Assembly (NCBI GenBank): GCA_963758635.1 | Contig: CAVWWD010000003.1 | Span: forward strand, 256,001-320,000 | Direction: 5' to 3' | Source: an uncultured Candidatus Rokubacteria bacterium | GTDB lineage: Bacteria > Methylomirabilota > Methylomirabilia > Rokubacteriales > CSP1-6 | Length of the DNA: 64,000 bases | In this document: piece after piece, positions 1-10,699 of the stretch | Layout of the letters: each line of letters opens with the position of its first letter | Position numbering within the stretch: the first letter of the stretch is position 1 | Notes under the pieces: generated by a model | What the model saw: the letters and a program-made list of their open reading frames with translations, nothing else | The model's database searches: none | What the model was told of the DNA's origin: nothing | Program-made: the position numbers and the translations under genes

Positions 1-142
1 GGGCAAAAGCGGCGCGCGCCGGTTAGCGCCGGTCGGCCCCGCCGGACTCGACGACTCCGGCGAGCGTGTGAGGCGGGGCGCCGCGGTCAGGCGCCCCTCA
101 GTTCGCTCTCGACCTGTTCCACCGTCAGCTCGAATAGCTCTC

Positions 143-236
143 CTCCGCCGCTTGGCCGTGATGCACGTCGGCAGGCGTCAGAATGTCCGAGGCCCGAATG
201 ATGATGCTCGGTGTTGTACCAGAGGAAGTGAAAGTC
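143..236 (-). mobile_element. Degenerate IS3-like (rve/DDE) transposase C-terminal remnant
   Basis: Minus strand reads FLWYNTEHHHSGLG, then after a frame change ILTPADVHHGQA. This resembles the WYN..H.HSGL..LTP..VH tail of IS3-type transposases. No catalytic core or terminal repeats are visible. Confidence 0.6.
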
Positions 237-315
237 GCCGTCGACCCGCCGGAACCCTGAGCTGCGCACGCGCCCGCGCCGCCGGCGACGAGACGCCGGC
301 GGCGCGGGCTTGCGG

Positions 316-846
316 TCAGGCGCGCGCGCCGGCCGCCATCGCGGGCTGCGCCGCGCGGAGCTCCTCGTCCCACGGCCCAGGGAAGCGGCCCTTCTCGGCC
401 TGGTCCGAGTTCGAGAACGGCCGGTCACGCCGCCACTCGCTGCGCGGCAGCTCGTAGTACACCTCGAGGCCGTTGCCGTCGGGGTCGGAGAAGTACACGC
501 CGAGCGAGATGGTGTGGTCCGCCACGCGCACGGGCACGCTCTTCGCCTTGAGGCGGACGTACATCTCCTTGAGGTCGTCGATGTTCGACATCCGCCACGC
601 CACGTGGTTGAGGCCGACCTGGCCCTTCGACTGCACCGGCGCGTCCTCGCCCACCTCGAACAGCGCGATGTCGTGCGCGTGGCCGGGATCGGCGGAGAGG
701 AAGACGGCGCGGACCTTCCCCGTCTCCGACGACATCATGGTGTCCTGCGTGTGGAAACCGAAGACGTCCGTGTACCAGCGGTGCGAGCGTTCGGCGTTCC
801 TGACGAAGATGTTGACGTGGTCGATGGACACGGGACGGTAGCCCAT
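316..846 (-). CDS. VOC/glyoxalase family protein (catechol dioxygenase-like)
   Basis: MGYRPVSIDHVNIFV...HDIALF...LNHVAW...YFSDPDGNGLEVY; GAGGAG RBS upstream of ATG 846. Confidence 0.85.
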   Translation of the reverse strand: MGYRPVSIDHVNIFVRNAERSHRWYTDVFGFHTQDTMMSSETGKVRAVFLSADPGHAHDIALFEVGEDAPVQSKGQVGLNHVAWRMSNIDDLKEMYVRLKAKSVPVRVADHTISLGVYFSDPDGNGLEVYYELPRSEWRRDRPFSNSDQAEKGRFPGPWDEELRAAQPAMAAGARA

Positions 847-866
847 TGAGTGGTTCTCCTCTCGGC

Positions 867-1871
867 TCAGTCGGCCTGGACCTTGGCGTTGTAGTTGGCG
901 TCGTACCACCAGTGCAGGTACTCGCCGTACGTGATCGGCGCGTGCCGCGCGGGGTTCTCGGGGCCCTGGCATGTGGGCAGGCAGGCGATCACCGTGTCCA
1001 GATGCGGGCCCAGGAAGTACGGGATCGCGTAGCGGTGCCGGCCCACCGGCGGCACCGCGCGATGCGGCGTGGACTTGAACCGGCCGTTCGTCCAGCGCGT
1101 CATCGTGTCGCCCGAGTTCACCGCGAACGACTCCGGCACGTACGGCACGTCGACCCACGTGCCCGCCGGCGTTCGCACCTGGAGCCCCGGCACCTCGGTC
1201 TGCGCCAGGAACGTGAGGAAGTTGGCGTCGGTGTGGGGCGCGATGCCGTACTGGTTGGCGTCGGCCTCGGCCGGCGGGTAGTGGGACAGCCGGAACGAGA
1301 ACTGGCTCTCCGCGAACGCCGCGTCGAAGTAGGTGGGCGGCAGGTCGAGGGCCACCGCGCACGCGGGCAGGAGGCGCCGGGCCATCGCATCGACCGCGTC
1401 GGTGTAGGCGAGGACGGCGTCGCGGAAGCCCGGGAGCCCGTCCGGCCACCGGTTCGGCCCGGCGAAGCGCCGGCCCGCCCGCACCAGCGGGTCGTCGGCG
1501 GGGCGCTCGCGCTTGGTGAAGAACGCCTCGTTCAGGTCGGGCTTGGTGTTGTCGTCCACGTCGGACGTCCACACCGCGTAGCGGCCCATCGCCATGTAGC
1601 CGTTGTTGTGCTCGTTCATGCGGAGAGCCATCTTCGCGGCCATCGGCAGGTCGTGGAAGCGTCGGGCCTCGGCGAACGTCCGCTCGATCATCGCCGCGGG
1701 GACGCCGTGGTTCACGATGATGAAGAAGCCGATGCCCTGAAGCGCCTGCCGCAGCTCGCCCGCCGCGCGCTCCAGCGCGCCGGGCGCGCCGGCGAGGACG
1801 CCGCCCACGTCGATCACGGGGATCGCGTGGGATTCCACCTGGGAGACGGCGGCCGGCCGGGTGATCGCCAT
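867..1871 (-). CDS. Isopenicillin N synthase-family 2OG-Fe(II) dioxygenase
   Basis: IPVID and GFFIIVNHGV N-terminal motifs; HTD...H facial triad; STPHRA and RYAIPYF. Confidence 0.9.
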   Translation of the reverse strand: MAITRPAAVSQVESHAIPVIDVGGVLAGAPGALERAAGELRQALQGIGFFIIVNHGVPAAMIERTFAEARRFHDLPMAAKMALRMNEHNNGYMAMGRYAVWTSDVDDNTKPDLNEAFFTKRERPADDPLVRAGRRFAGPNRWPDGLPGFRDAVLAYTDAVDAMARRLLPACAVALDLPPTYFDAAFAESQFSFRLSHYPPAEADANQYGIAPHTDANFLTFLAQTEVPGLQVRTPAGTWVDVPYVPESFAVNSGDTMTRWTNGRFKSTPHRAVPPVGRHRYAIPYFLGPHLDTVIACLPTCQGPENPARHAPITYGEYLHWWYDANYNAKVQAD

Positions 1872-1887
1872 GGGTACGCTGCGCCGC

Positions 1888-2826
1888 TCAGACGGCGGCG
1901 AGCTGGCTCCGGCCCCAGGCCACGTCGGACTCGCGCGCCGGGCTCACCACGTGACCGGGCACCTCGTCGGCGGTGGGCCCTTCGCCCGCCACCGTGGTGC
2001 GGTGCATCACGCGGCGGTACCGGTTCTCGTCCCACGGGCGGCCGCGGTGGAGCATGCAGCGGTTGTCCCACATCACCAGGTCGCCGGCCCGCCACCGGTG
2101 CGTGTAGACGATGTCGGGGGCCGTCGCCGTCTCGAGGAGCTCGCGCAGGAGCTTCCGCGCCGCGTCGGTGGGCATGCCCACGATCTCGCACGCGTGCGAG
2201 CCCACGTAGAAGTTCCTCCGGCCGTTGACCGGGTTCACGCGCACCAGGGCCTGGGGCACGGGCGGCACCTGCGCGGCGTGGTCCGGCGGCAGGAGCCCGT
2301 CGCCGATGAGGCCGCGCGAGTAGACGAAGCTGTGGATGGCGACCCGGCCCTCGAGGATCTCCCGCGTGGCCGCGGGCAGCCGCTCGTAGCCCACGCGCAT
2401 GCTGGCGAACTCGGTCTCGCCCCCCTCGGGCGGCACCTCGCGCCCGGACAGGAGCGAGGCCATCGCGGGCACGCGCTTGAACGAGCTGTCGGTGTGCCAC
2501 ATCTGGTTGCCCGCGTTGAAGAGGTTGCGCCGGTCGCCGGCGGGGATCAGCTGGTCGTCGTCGTCGACGTTGGCCAGGTTCGAGATCTCGGGAAGGTAGC
2601 GGCTCTGCGACACGATCGTGCGGATGGTCTTCTCGAGCGGCCCGAACCGCTCGCTGAAGGCGATCTGCTCGGCGTCGCCGAGCGACTGCCCGCGGAACAG
2701 CAGCAGCGAGTGGTCCTCGAAGGCCCGGCGGATCTCGGCGAAGGTGGGATCGTCGACCCGCCGCACGTCGACGCCGGCGATCTCGACGCCGATCAGCGGA
2801 TGGAGCGGTCTCGTCTCGAGCGCCAT
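1888..2826 (-). CDS. TauD/TfdA family 2OG-dependent dioxygenase (TfdA-like)
   Basis: GNQMWHTDSSF, GGETEFA and WDNRCMLHR motifs. Confidence 0.9.
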   Translation of the reverse strand: MALETRPLHPLIGVEIAGVDVRRVDDPTFAEIRRAFEDHSLLLFRGQSLGDAEQIAFSERFGPLEKTIRTIVSQSRYLPEISNLANVDDDDQLIPAGDRRNLFNAGNQMWHTDSSFKRVPAMASLLSGREVPPEGGETEFASMRVGYERLPAATREILEGRVAIHSFVYSRGLIGDGLLPPDHAAQVPPVPQALVRVNPVNGRRNFYVGSHACEIVGMPTDAARKLLRELLETATAPDIVYTHRWRAGDLVMWDNRCMLHRGRPWDENRYRRVMHRTTVAGEGPTADEVPGHVVSPARESDVAWGRSQLAAV

Positions 2827-2844
2827 GGGGACCCTCCCGACCAC

Positions 2845-2875
2845 ATTGTAGGTGAGGGTCCGGACGGCGAGTCAA
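2845..2875 (-). promoter_or_regulatory. Putative sigma70 promoter for the dioxygenase operon
   Basis: Minus strand TTGACT-N19-TACAAT just upstream of ATG 2826. The spacer is long and contains the palindrome GTCCGGAC. Confidence 0.4.
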
Positions 2876-2884
2876 GGCGTATGA

Positions 2885-3931
<1,047 letters not shown>

Positions 3932-3938
3932 GCGGCCG

Positions 3939-4425
3939 TTGCCGGCGCTCGGGCGCGCGTACCGGCGGGTCCTCGCCGCGGGCGCCGGGGCGGCGGCGGC
4001 CATCCTCGGGGTCATCGCGCTCCTGGTGACCGCCGACGTGCTGGCCAGGAACGTCGGCCTGGGCACGCTGCCGTGGATCGCCGAGGTCTCCGAGTACAGC
4101 CTGCCGCTGGCCACCTTCCTCATCGCGCCGTGGCTCCTCGCGCGCGGCGACCACGTCCGCGTGGACGTCCTCGCTGACCACGGCGCCGCCCGGCCTGGCC
4201 CGCGCGCTCCAGCGCGCGGCGGACGCCATCGGGCTCGCCGTCTGCGCCGTCTTCGTCTACTACGGGCTCCGCGCCTCGCTGGACTCCGCGCGCCAGGGCT
4301 CGCTGGTCCTCAAGTCGCTGGTGTTCCCCGAATGGTGGCTGTACGCGCCGGTGCCGGTCTGCTTCGCGTTCCTCGCCATCGAGTTCGGCCGGCGCCTCCT
4401 CGGGCCTCCCGCCCCGCCTCGCTGA
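3939..4425 (+). CDS. dctQ: TRAP transporter small permease DctQ (frameshift near 4175)
   Basis: Hydrophobic segments with the HVRVD motif; the C-terminal half continues in another frame to TGA 4425; lies between dctP and dctM. Confidence 0.8.
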
Positions 4426-4438
4426 CGCGGCCGCCGCC

Positions 4439-5759
4439 ATGCCGTGGCCCATCGCCGCCGTCGTCCTGTTCGGTGTCCTGAGCCTGCTCCTCGCCGCTGC
4501 CCTGCCGGTGGCGTTCGCGTTCCTCGCCATCGACGTGATGGGCGCGTGGCTCTGGCTCGGAGGCCAGGCGGGGCTCGTCCAGATGGTGCGCAACGGCGTC
4601 GCGTCGATCGCGAGCTTCTCGCTCACGCCCATCCCGTTCTTCGTGTTGATGGGCGAGGTGCTCTTCCACACCGGGCTCGCCATGCGGGCCATCGACGCCA
4701 TCGACCGCGTGATCGGGCGCGTGCCCGGACGCCTGGCCGTGGTCGCGGTCGTCGCGGGCACCGTCTTCTCCGCCATCTCCGGCTCGACCATCGCCACCAC
4801 CGCGCTCCTCGGCAGCCTGATGGTCCCCGAGATGCTCCGGCGTGGCTACCACCCGCGCATGGCGATGGGGCCCATCATGGCCATCGGCGGGGTGGACATG
4901 CTGATCCCGCCGTCCGCGCTCACCGTGCTCCTCGGCAGCCTGTCCGGCATCTCGATCTCGCGGCTCCTCGTGGCCGGCATCGTTCCGGGCGTCCTTCTCG
5001 CGGCCTCGTTCGTGGGCTACATCGTCGTGCGCGCCCACCTCGACGCCCGGCTCGCGCCCCCGGTGCCCGTGACGGCGGTGCGGGGCTGGGAGCGCTGGCG
5101 GCCGCTGATCGTCTACGTGACGCCGCTGGTGGCGATCTTCGTGGTCGTCGTGCTCGCGATGACGGCGGGGTGGGCGACACCCGACGGAGTCGGCGGCGGT
5201 GGGGGCGGTGGCGACGGTCCTGGTGGCGCTGGCCTACCGCTCGCTGACCTGGGCCGGCCTCGCCGAGGCCCTCCGCAGCACCGCCGCCATCTCGGGCGTG
5301 ATCCTGTTCATCATCATCGGGGCCACCACGTTCTCGCAGGTCCTGACCTTCTCGGGCGCGACCAACGGCCTGGTCGCGTCCATCCGCGAGGCGCAGCCCT
5401 CGGGCCCCGTGGTGCTGATGGCCATGCTGGCCATCCTGCTCGTGCTGGGCTGCTTCATCGACCAGGTGAGCATGATGCTGATCACGCTCCCGTTCTTCAT
5501 GCCGCTGGTGGCCCACTACGGCTTCGATCCCGTGTGGTTCGGCGTGCTGTTCCTGATCTGCATGCAGCTCGGCCTGCTCACGCCGCCCTTCGGCATGCTG
5601 CTGTTCACGATGAAGAGCGTCGCGCCGCCCGAGATCACGATGGGCCAGGTCTTCCGCGCGGTGACGCCCTACGTGACGCTGGGCCTCGCCGCCCTCGCCG
5701 CCGTCATCCTGTGGCCGGCGCTGGCGACCTGGCTGCCCGGGGTGCTGTTCGGGAAGTGA
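4439..5759 (+). CDS. dctM: TRAP transporter large permease DctM (frameshift near 5180)
   Basis: IPFFVLMGE, SAISGS, LIPPS, ATPTES (across the shift) and LTPPFG motifs. Confidence 0.88.
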
Positions 5760-5780
5760 GAGGCGGCTGCGCGCGTGAGG

Positions 5781-6443
5781 TCAGGGACGGGTGGCGGTCT
5801 CGGTCCGCGCGGCGCGCGCCCGCCGCTGCTTCTGATAGGAATCCAGCTCCCGGAACGCCACGATCCGCCGGCCCCGGTACTGCTCGTACTCGCGGACGAA
5901 CTCGCCCGCGTCGGCGTACGGGCCCGCGATGTGGCCCGGCCGCTTCGAGTCGGCGAAGACGTAGGTCCGGCCGTCGCGGGTGAACGTGACCACCCAGTGC
6001 CGGCGCAGGACGTTGCCGGCGATCCGCGCCGGGTCGAACTCGATCATCAGGTACCGCGGCGCGGTCTCGGGCGCGATGCTCCGGAGCGCCTCCACGCCGA
6101 ACCGCGAGAGGTCCACGCACACGCCCGACTTCGACGCGAACAGCTCGGCGGGCGCGTGGATGGCGAGACCGCCGCTCGCCGCCCGCTCCGTCTCCGACAG
6201 CCGCATCGCCCGCGCCATGTCGTAGGCGAAGTTGCCCGCGATCCACGCGCTCACGTCCTCCGGGGTCTTCCAGACGGACAGCGCGGCCTCGTAGGAGTCG
6301 GCGGTCTTGAACGCGACGGTGGGGTCGCGCGGGCGCTCGGGCGCGTCCGAGAGCCGATCGGCTGCTCCCACGCCGCCGCTCGAAGCGGCGAGGACGCAGG
6401 CGATGACCAGCGCGCGAAAGACGCGGCCGATGGCTCGATGCAT
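5781..6443 (-). CDS. Secreted transglutaminase-like (Cys-His-Asp) hypothetical protein
   Basis: Signal-peptide-like N-terminus; GVCVDLS...HWVV...VFADS ordering typical of the transglutaminase-like fold. Confidence 0.55.
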   Translation of the reverse strand: MHRAIGRVFRALVIACVLAASSGGVGAADRLSDAPERPRDPTVAFKTADSYEAALSVWKTPEDVSAWIAGNFAYDMARAMRLSETERAASGGLAIHAPAELFASKSGVCVDLSRFGVEALRSIAPETAPRYLMIEFDPARIAGNVLRRHWVVTFTRDGRTYVFADSKRPGHIAGPYADAGEFVREYEQYRGRRIVAFRELDSYQKQRRARAARTETATRP

Positions 6444-6599
6444 GGGCCGCACCTTCTCAGGAGTTCTTCCGCTCCGCAAGCTACCCTTGTGCGTGGCCGG
6501 CGGCGGCGAAGAGGGCGGGGGCACGGTGCTACTCTTCGCCGCGAGGGCGTCCGGCGCCTCTGCCGGCCCGCCCGCTCACACTCGAAAGCGAGGTCACGC

Positions 6600-7637
6600 A
6601 TGAAAGCCGCCGTCTTCGTCGCGCCGGGCCAGCCCCTCGAGATCCGCACGCTGCCCGACCCCGAGCCGGGGCCGGCGGAGATGGTGCTCGCGGTCCGGGC
6701 CTCGGGCATCTGCGGCTCCGACCTCCACCTGAGCGAGATCGCCGACCGGTCGGGCGGCATGACCCCGCTGCCAGCCGGCACGGTGATGGGCCACGAGTTC
6801 GCGGGCGAGGTGGTCGCGGTGGGGCGGAGCGTGGCCGGACGGTTCCGCCCCGGCGATCGCGTCACCGCGCTGCCGTTCATCGGCTGCGGGACCTGCGTGG
6901 CCTGCCTGAACGGGCAGGGGCACCGGTGCCCGGCCGTCGTCTCGACCGGCCTCGGCAAGATCCCCGGAGGCTACGCGGAGTACGTGCGGGTGGGCGTGCA
7001 CGAGGCGCTGGCCTTGCCGCCCGAGGTGGACGACCGCGCCGGCGCCATGGTGGAGCCGCTGTCGGTGGGACTGCACGCCGTCGATCGCGCGGGCCTTCAC
7101 GCCGGCGACGCCGTCCTGGTCATCGGCGCCGGCCCCATCGGGCTGGCCGTGGCGCTCTGGAGCCGGTTCCTCGGCGCTCCCCACGTGGTGGTGAGCGACC
7201 TCTCGCCCGAGCGGGCCGATCGGGCCCTCGCCATGGGCGCCACGGCCGTGGTCCACGCTCGCGACGAGGACGTCATCGCCGCCGTCAAGCGCGAGTGCGG
7301 CCGGCGGGCCGAGGTCGTGTTCGACTGCGTGGGCGTGCCGGGCAGCCAGCAGATCGCCATGGACTGCGCGCCCACCAACGGCCGCGTGGTGGTGGCGGGC
7401 GTGTGCATGCAGCCGGACCGCATCCTGCCCGTCAAGGCCATCACCAAGGAGCTGGACGTGCGCTACGTGTTCGGCTACGGCAAGCGCGACTTCGCCTTCA
7501 CGATCGACATGCTCGCCCGCCGCCGCGTCGACGCGTCCGCCATGCTCTCGGAGACGGTCGGCTTCGACGCCTTCTCCGCGGCCTTCGAGGATCTGCGCAC
7601 CGACAAGCGCCGTGCCAAGGTGATGCTCTGCCCCTAG
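6600..7637 (+). CDS. Zn-dependent alcohol dehydrogenase (MDR family)
   Basis: GICGSDLH, GHEFAG, CGTCVAC..C structural zinc motif and GAGPIG. Confidence 0.92.
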   Translation: MKAAVFVAPGQPLEIRTLPDPEPGPAEMVLAVRASGICGSDLHLSEIADRSGGMTPLPAGTVMGHEFAGEVVAVGRSVAGRFRPGDRVTALPFIGCGTCVACLNGQGHRCPAVVSTGLGKIPGGYAEYVRVGVHEALALPPEVDDRAGAMVEPLSVGLHAVDRAGLHAGDAVLVIGAGPIGLAVALWSRFLGAPHVVVSDLSPERADRALAMGATAVVHARDEDVIAAVKRECGRRAEVVFDCVGVPGSQQIAMDCAPTNGRVVVAGVCMQPDRILPVKAITKELDVRYVFGYGKRDFAFTIDMLARRRVDASAMLSETVGFDAFSAAFEDLRTDKRRAKVMLCP

Positions 7638-7736
7638 CTTTGCGAGGTGCGCCCGCTTTGCGAGGTGAGCCGAACTGGCAGTGCGAGGTGAGCCGAAGGC
7701 GAGCCGAGCGCATATGGAAATGCAGGGGAAACAACC
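7638..7736 (+). repeat. Intergenic repeat family A copy, with partial head duplications
   Basis: TGCGAGGTGAGCCGAAGGCGAGCCGAGCGCATATGGAAATGCAGGGGAAACAACC; matches copies at 10700, 15321, 26661, 35421 and 58991. Confidence 0.85.
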
Positions 7737-7832
7737 GCAGCGCGGGCCGTGGGACCACCCGCAGCGCGATGCCCTCCCCGGGCCCGCCGCGCTGCGGTAG
7801 AGTAGCGGGCAACCCCCAGCAAGGAGGCTCAC

Positions 7833-8594
7833 ATGGCGTTCTACGAGCGCGGTCCCGTCCGCATCCACTACGAGGAGGTCGGCTCCGGCTTCCCCCTGCT
7901 GCTCATCCCGGGCGGCGGGCTCAACTCGTCCTTCCAGTCCTGGAAGACGGCCTCGCCCTTCAACCCGATGGAACGGTACGCGGCCGACTTCCGCTGCGTC
8001 TGCGCCGACCTCAGGAACGCCAACCCGGGCCAGTCGACCGGGCCCCTCGAGATCGACCGCCCCTGGGACGCCTACACCGACGACCAGCTCGGGCTGATGG
8101 ACCACCTCGGCATCCGGGAGTTCCTGGTCATGGGCTTCTGCATCGGCGGGCCGATGATCCACAACCTGATCAAGCGCGCCCCGGAGCGGATCGTCGCGGC
8201 GGCGATGATGCAGCCGAGCGGCTTCCGGCCCGAGGTCCCCGACCTCTTCTACCAGAACAACATCAAGGGCTGGGGGCCGCCGCTCTGCGAGAAGCGCTCC
8301 GACGTGACCATGGACATGGTCCACGCGTTCCTGACCAGCATGTACACGAACCGCGCCGACTTCGTCTTCACGGTGTCGCGCGACTTCGTGCGCACGATCC
8401 GCCAGCCGCTCCTGATCGCGCCGGACGACGTGCCCGCGCACCCCTACAAGGTGGCGATGGAGGTGGCGAGCCTCGCCCCGAACTCCGAGGTGACGATCTA
8501 TCCCTGGAAGGACACGCCCGAGCACATCGACCAGGTCGTGGACCACGCGCGCCGCTTCCTGAAGTCGCACGTGCCCGTCGCCGCCGCCCGGTAG
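7833..8594 (+). CDS. Alpha/beta hydrolase with Cys nucleophile elbow
   Basis: IHYEEVGSGFPLLLIPGG N-terminus and G-F-C-I-G elbow; AAGGAGG RBS. Confidence 0.85.
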   Translation: MAFYERGPVRIHYEEVGSGFPLLLIPGGGLNSSFQSWKTASPFNPMERYAADFRCVCADLRNANPGQSTGPLEIDRPWDAYTDDQLGLMDHLGIREFLVMGFCIGGPMIHNLIKRAPERIVAAAMMQPSGFRPEVPDLFYQNNIKGWGPPLCEKRSDVTMDMVHAFLTSMYTNRADFVFTVSRDFVRTIRQPLLIAPDDVPAHPYKVAMEVASLAPNSEVTIYPWKDTPEHIDQVVDHARRFLKSHVPVAAAR

Positions 8595-8658
8595 GGGCGG
8601 GTCTCGTCTCCGGCTCCGGCGCCGGTCCCGCCGCCCCCCGGCGGGGCCGGCCGGCGCC

Positions 8659-8918
8659 TCACTCCACGAAGCGGTAGCCCTGGCCGTGGACGGTCACGAT
8701 GTGCCGCGGGCGCTCGGGATCGTCCTCGAACTCCTCCTCGGCCTTGAGGACGGTCATGTCCATCTTGCCCGCGGCCATCGCGGCCATGTCGCGCGCCTGC
8801 TCGCGCAGGACCAGCTCGGCCGAGGCCTCCCACTGCCGCAGGAGAGGTAGCCGAGCACGGCGAGGACGGCCGCGGCGAGCGTGACCGCCGCGAAGGCGAG
8901 GAGGCCGCCCCGCCTCAC
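8659..8918 (-). pseudogene. Two-component system deletion remnant (sensor-like N-terminus joined to an OmpR-type C-terminal tail)
   Basis: TM segment, then RQWEASAELVLREQARDMAAMAAGKMDMTVLKAEEE joined directly to FEDDPERPRHIVTVHGQGYRFVE*, an OmpR/PhoB winged-helix end. Confidence 0.65.
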
Positions 8919-8964
8919 CCGCGCGCTGCCGTCGCGGCTCCGCCGGCCTCCCGCGACGGGCGCG

Positions 8965-9501
8965 TCATTCGCCGAGGAGCTGCTGGATCATCCTCTCGGT
9001 CTCCGCGTACGCGCCCTCGCCGATGTGGCTGTAGCGGACGATCCCCTTGCGATCGACGAGCACGGCGGTGGGCCACGCCCACGTCGAGAAGCGCCGCCAG
9101 ATCATCTGGTCGTTGTCCTGCACGATCGGGTAGCGCAGGCCCAGGTCGCGCGCCGCCTGCACGACCTTGGGGTAGGGCATCTCCCAGACGAACTCGGGCG
9201 TGTGCACGCCCACGATGGTGAGGCCGCTCGGCTCGTACTTCGCGTGCCAGTCCCGCAACTGCGGGATCACGTTCTTGCAGTTGTATCAGCCGTAGGTCCA
9301 GAACTCGACGAGGACGACCCGGCCGCGGAGCTTCGCCATCGACAGGGGCTCGCTGTTGATCCACGGGCTGCCCGTGATCTCCGGCGCGGGCTGCCCCACG
9401 CGCGCGCCGCGCTGCGCCCCCGATGGCGTCGGCCCCGCCAGCGCGATCGCCCCGATCACCGCCGCCGCCAGCCCGACCGCCACCGCCCGGCTCGCTCTCA
9501 T
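8965..9501 (-). CDS. TlpA/DipZ-like redoxin, probable selenoprotein (UxxC; in-frame UGA at 9286-9288)
   Basis: Continuous frame VLVEFWTYG-TGA-YNCKNVIPQL...GVHTPEF...AWPT...HIGEG; signal peptide; AGGAGG RBS. Confidence 0.85.
9244..9270 (-). promoter_or_regulatory. Putative bacterial SECIS hairpin
   Basis: mRNA GUGA-UCCCGC-AGUU-GCGGGA-CUGGCAC; the apical loop starts 26 nt after the UGA and has G at loop position 2. Confidence 0.6.
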
Positions 9502-9638
9502 GCCCTGGGTCCTCCTACGCCCAGCGTCGGCCCGCACCATGCGCGAATGAACGTGGCCCCTGAACAGAGCAGCGGTCCGCTGGCCCGTTCATGCATAGGC
9601 CCCTCTAGCCGTCACGCGCCGGCACGTGTCACGGGGTG

Positions 9639-10607
9639 TCAATTCCTCCCGGCTCGCCGCACCCCCTCGAGGAGCGCCCGGGCGGCCGGATGCGGCGCCA
9701 GCTCGCGGCGGACCACCCGCTCGAGGAGGGCGCCCGCCGCCTCGGCGTCGGCCCCGGTGAGCGCCTCCGCCACCAGGTCGCGCGCGATGTCGAGCACGCG
9801 GGCGTGGACGGTGGCTCGGCGTCGCGCGTCCAGCTCGCCCGAGGCCTTGAGGGCGTCGAGATGGATGGTGAGCGCGTCGAAGAGCGCGTCGATGCCCTCC
9901 TCGCGCGCCGCCACGCACGGGAGCACGGGCGGCATCCACGCCTCTTCCTTGCGCGGCAGGAGCGTGAGCATCGAGCGCAGCTCGGCCAGCGTGCGGTCCG
10001 CGCCGTCGCGATCGGCCTTGTTCACCACGTGCACGTCGGCGATCTCGAGGAGGCCGGCCTTGAGCGCCTGCACGTCGTCGCCGAGGCCCGGCACGCTCAC
10101 CACCACCACGGTGTGGGCGAGCCGCATGATGTCCACCTCGCCCTGGCCCACGCCGACCGTCTCCACGATCACCGGGTTCCGGCCCGCCGCGTCCATGGCG
10201 TCCACGGCGTCGGCGGTGGCGCGCGAGAGGCCGCCGAGGGCGCCCCGCGCGGCCATGCTGCGGATGAACACGCCCGGATCCAGCGCGAGGTCGTTCATCC
10301 GGATCCGGTCGCCGAGGAGGGCGCCGCCCGTGAAGGGCGACGACGGGTCCACCGCGATGATCCCCACCGTGCGGCCGCGGGCGCGCGCGGCGCGGGCGAG
10401 CGCGCGCACGAGCGTGCTCTTGCCGCTGCCCGCCGCGCCGGTGATGCCCACCACGTGCGCCCGCCCGCCGCGGGGGTAGAGGCGCTCGACGAGCGCGGCG
10501 GCGCGCGGCCCCCCCGCCTCCATCCAGGTGAGCCCACGCGCCAGCGCGCGCTCGGAGCCGGCGACGATGGCGTCCGCGGTGGCCGCGACCTCGGTGCTGG
10601 TGGTCAT
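9639..10607 (-). CDS. meaB: Methylmalonyl-CoA mutase-associated GTPase MeaB/ArgK
   Basis: GITGAAGSGKST, AVDPSSPFTGGALLGDRIRM, ETVGVGQ and NKAD motifs. Confidence 0.92.
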   Translation of the reverse strand: MTTSTEVAATADAIVAGSERALARGLTWMEAGGPRAAALVERLYPRGGRAHVVGITGAAGSGKSTLVRALARAARARGRTVGIIAVDPSSPFTGGALLGDRIRMNDLALDPGVFIRSMAARGALGGLSRATADAVDAMDAAGRNPVIVETVGVGQGEVDIMRLAHTVVVVSVPGLGDDVQALKAGLLEIADVHVVNKADRDGADRTLAELRSMLTLLPRKEEAWMPPVLPCVAAREEGIDALFDALTIHLDALKASGELDARRRATVHARVLDIARDLVAEALTGADAEAAGALLERVVRRELAPHPAARALLEGVRRAGRN

Positions 10608-10699
10608 GCTCCTCCGGTTGGCGCTCGATGGGTCATGGCGCGAAGACGGGATGGACGAAGGTGCGGCCGACGCCGAGGCGTCTTAACTCGCCGGGCGCG

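Noticed and set aside
1..90. GC-rich hairpins starting GGGCAAA, suggestive of a c-di-GMP-I riboswitch
   Set aside because: The GAAA tetraloop and GCAAAGCC core are missing, there is no suitably placed downstream gene, and the region is cut by the window edge.
9548..9591. Imperfect inverted repeat ATGAACG(T)GGCC...GGCCCGTTCAT upstream of the redoxin
   Set aside because: No U-tract or recognisable motif; cannot be distinguished from an ordinary intergenic hairpin.
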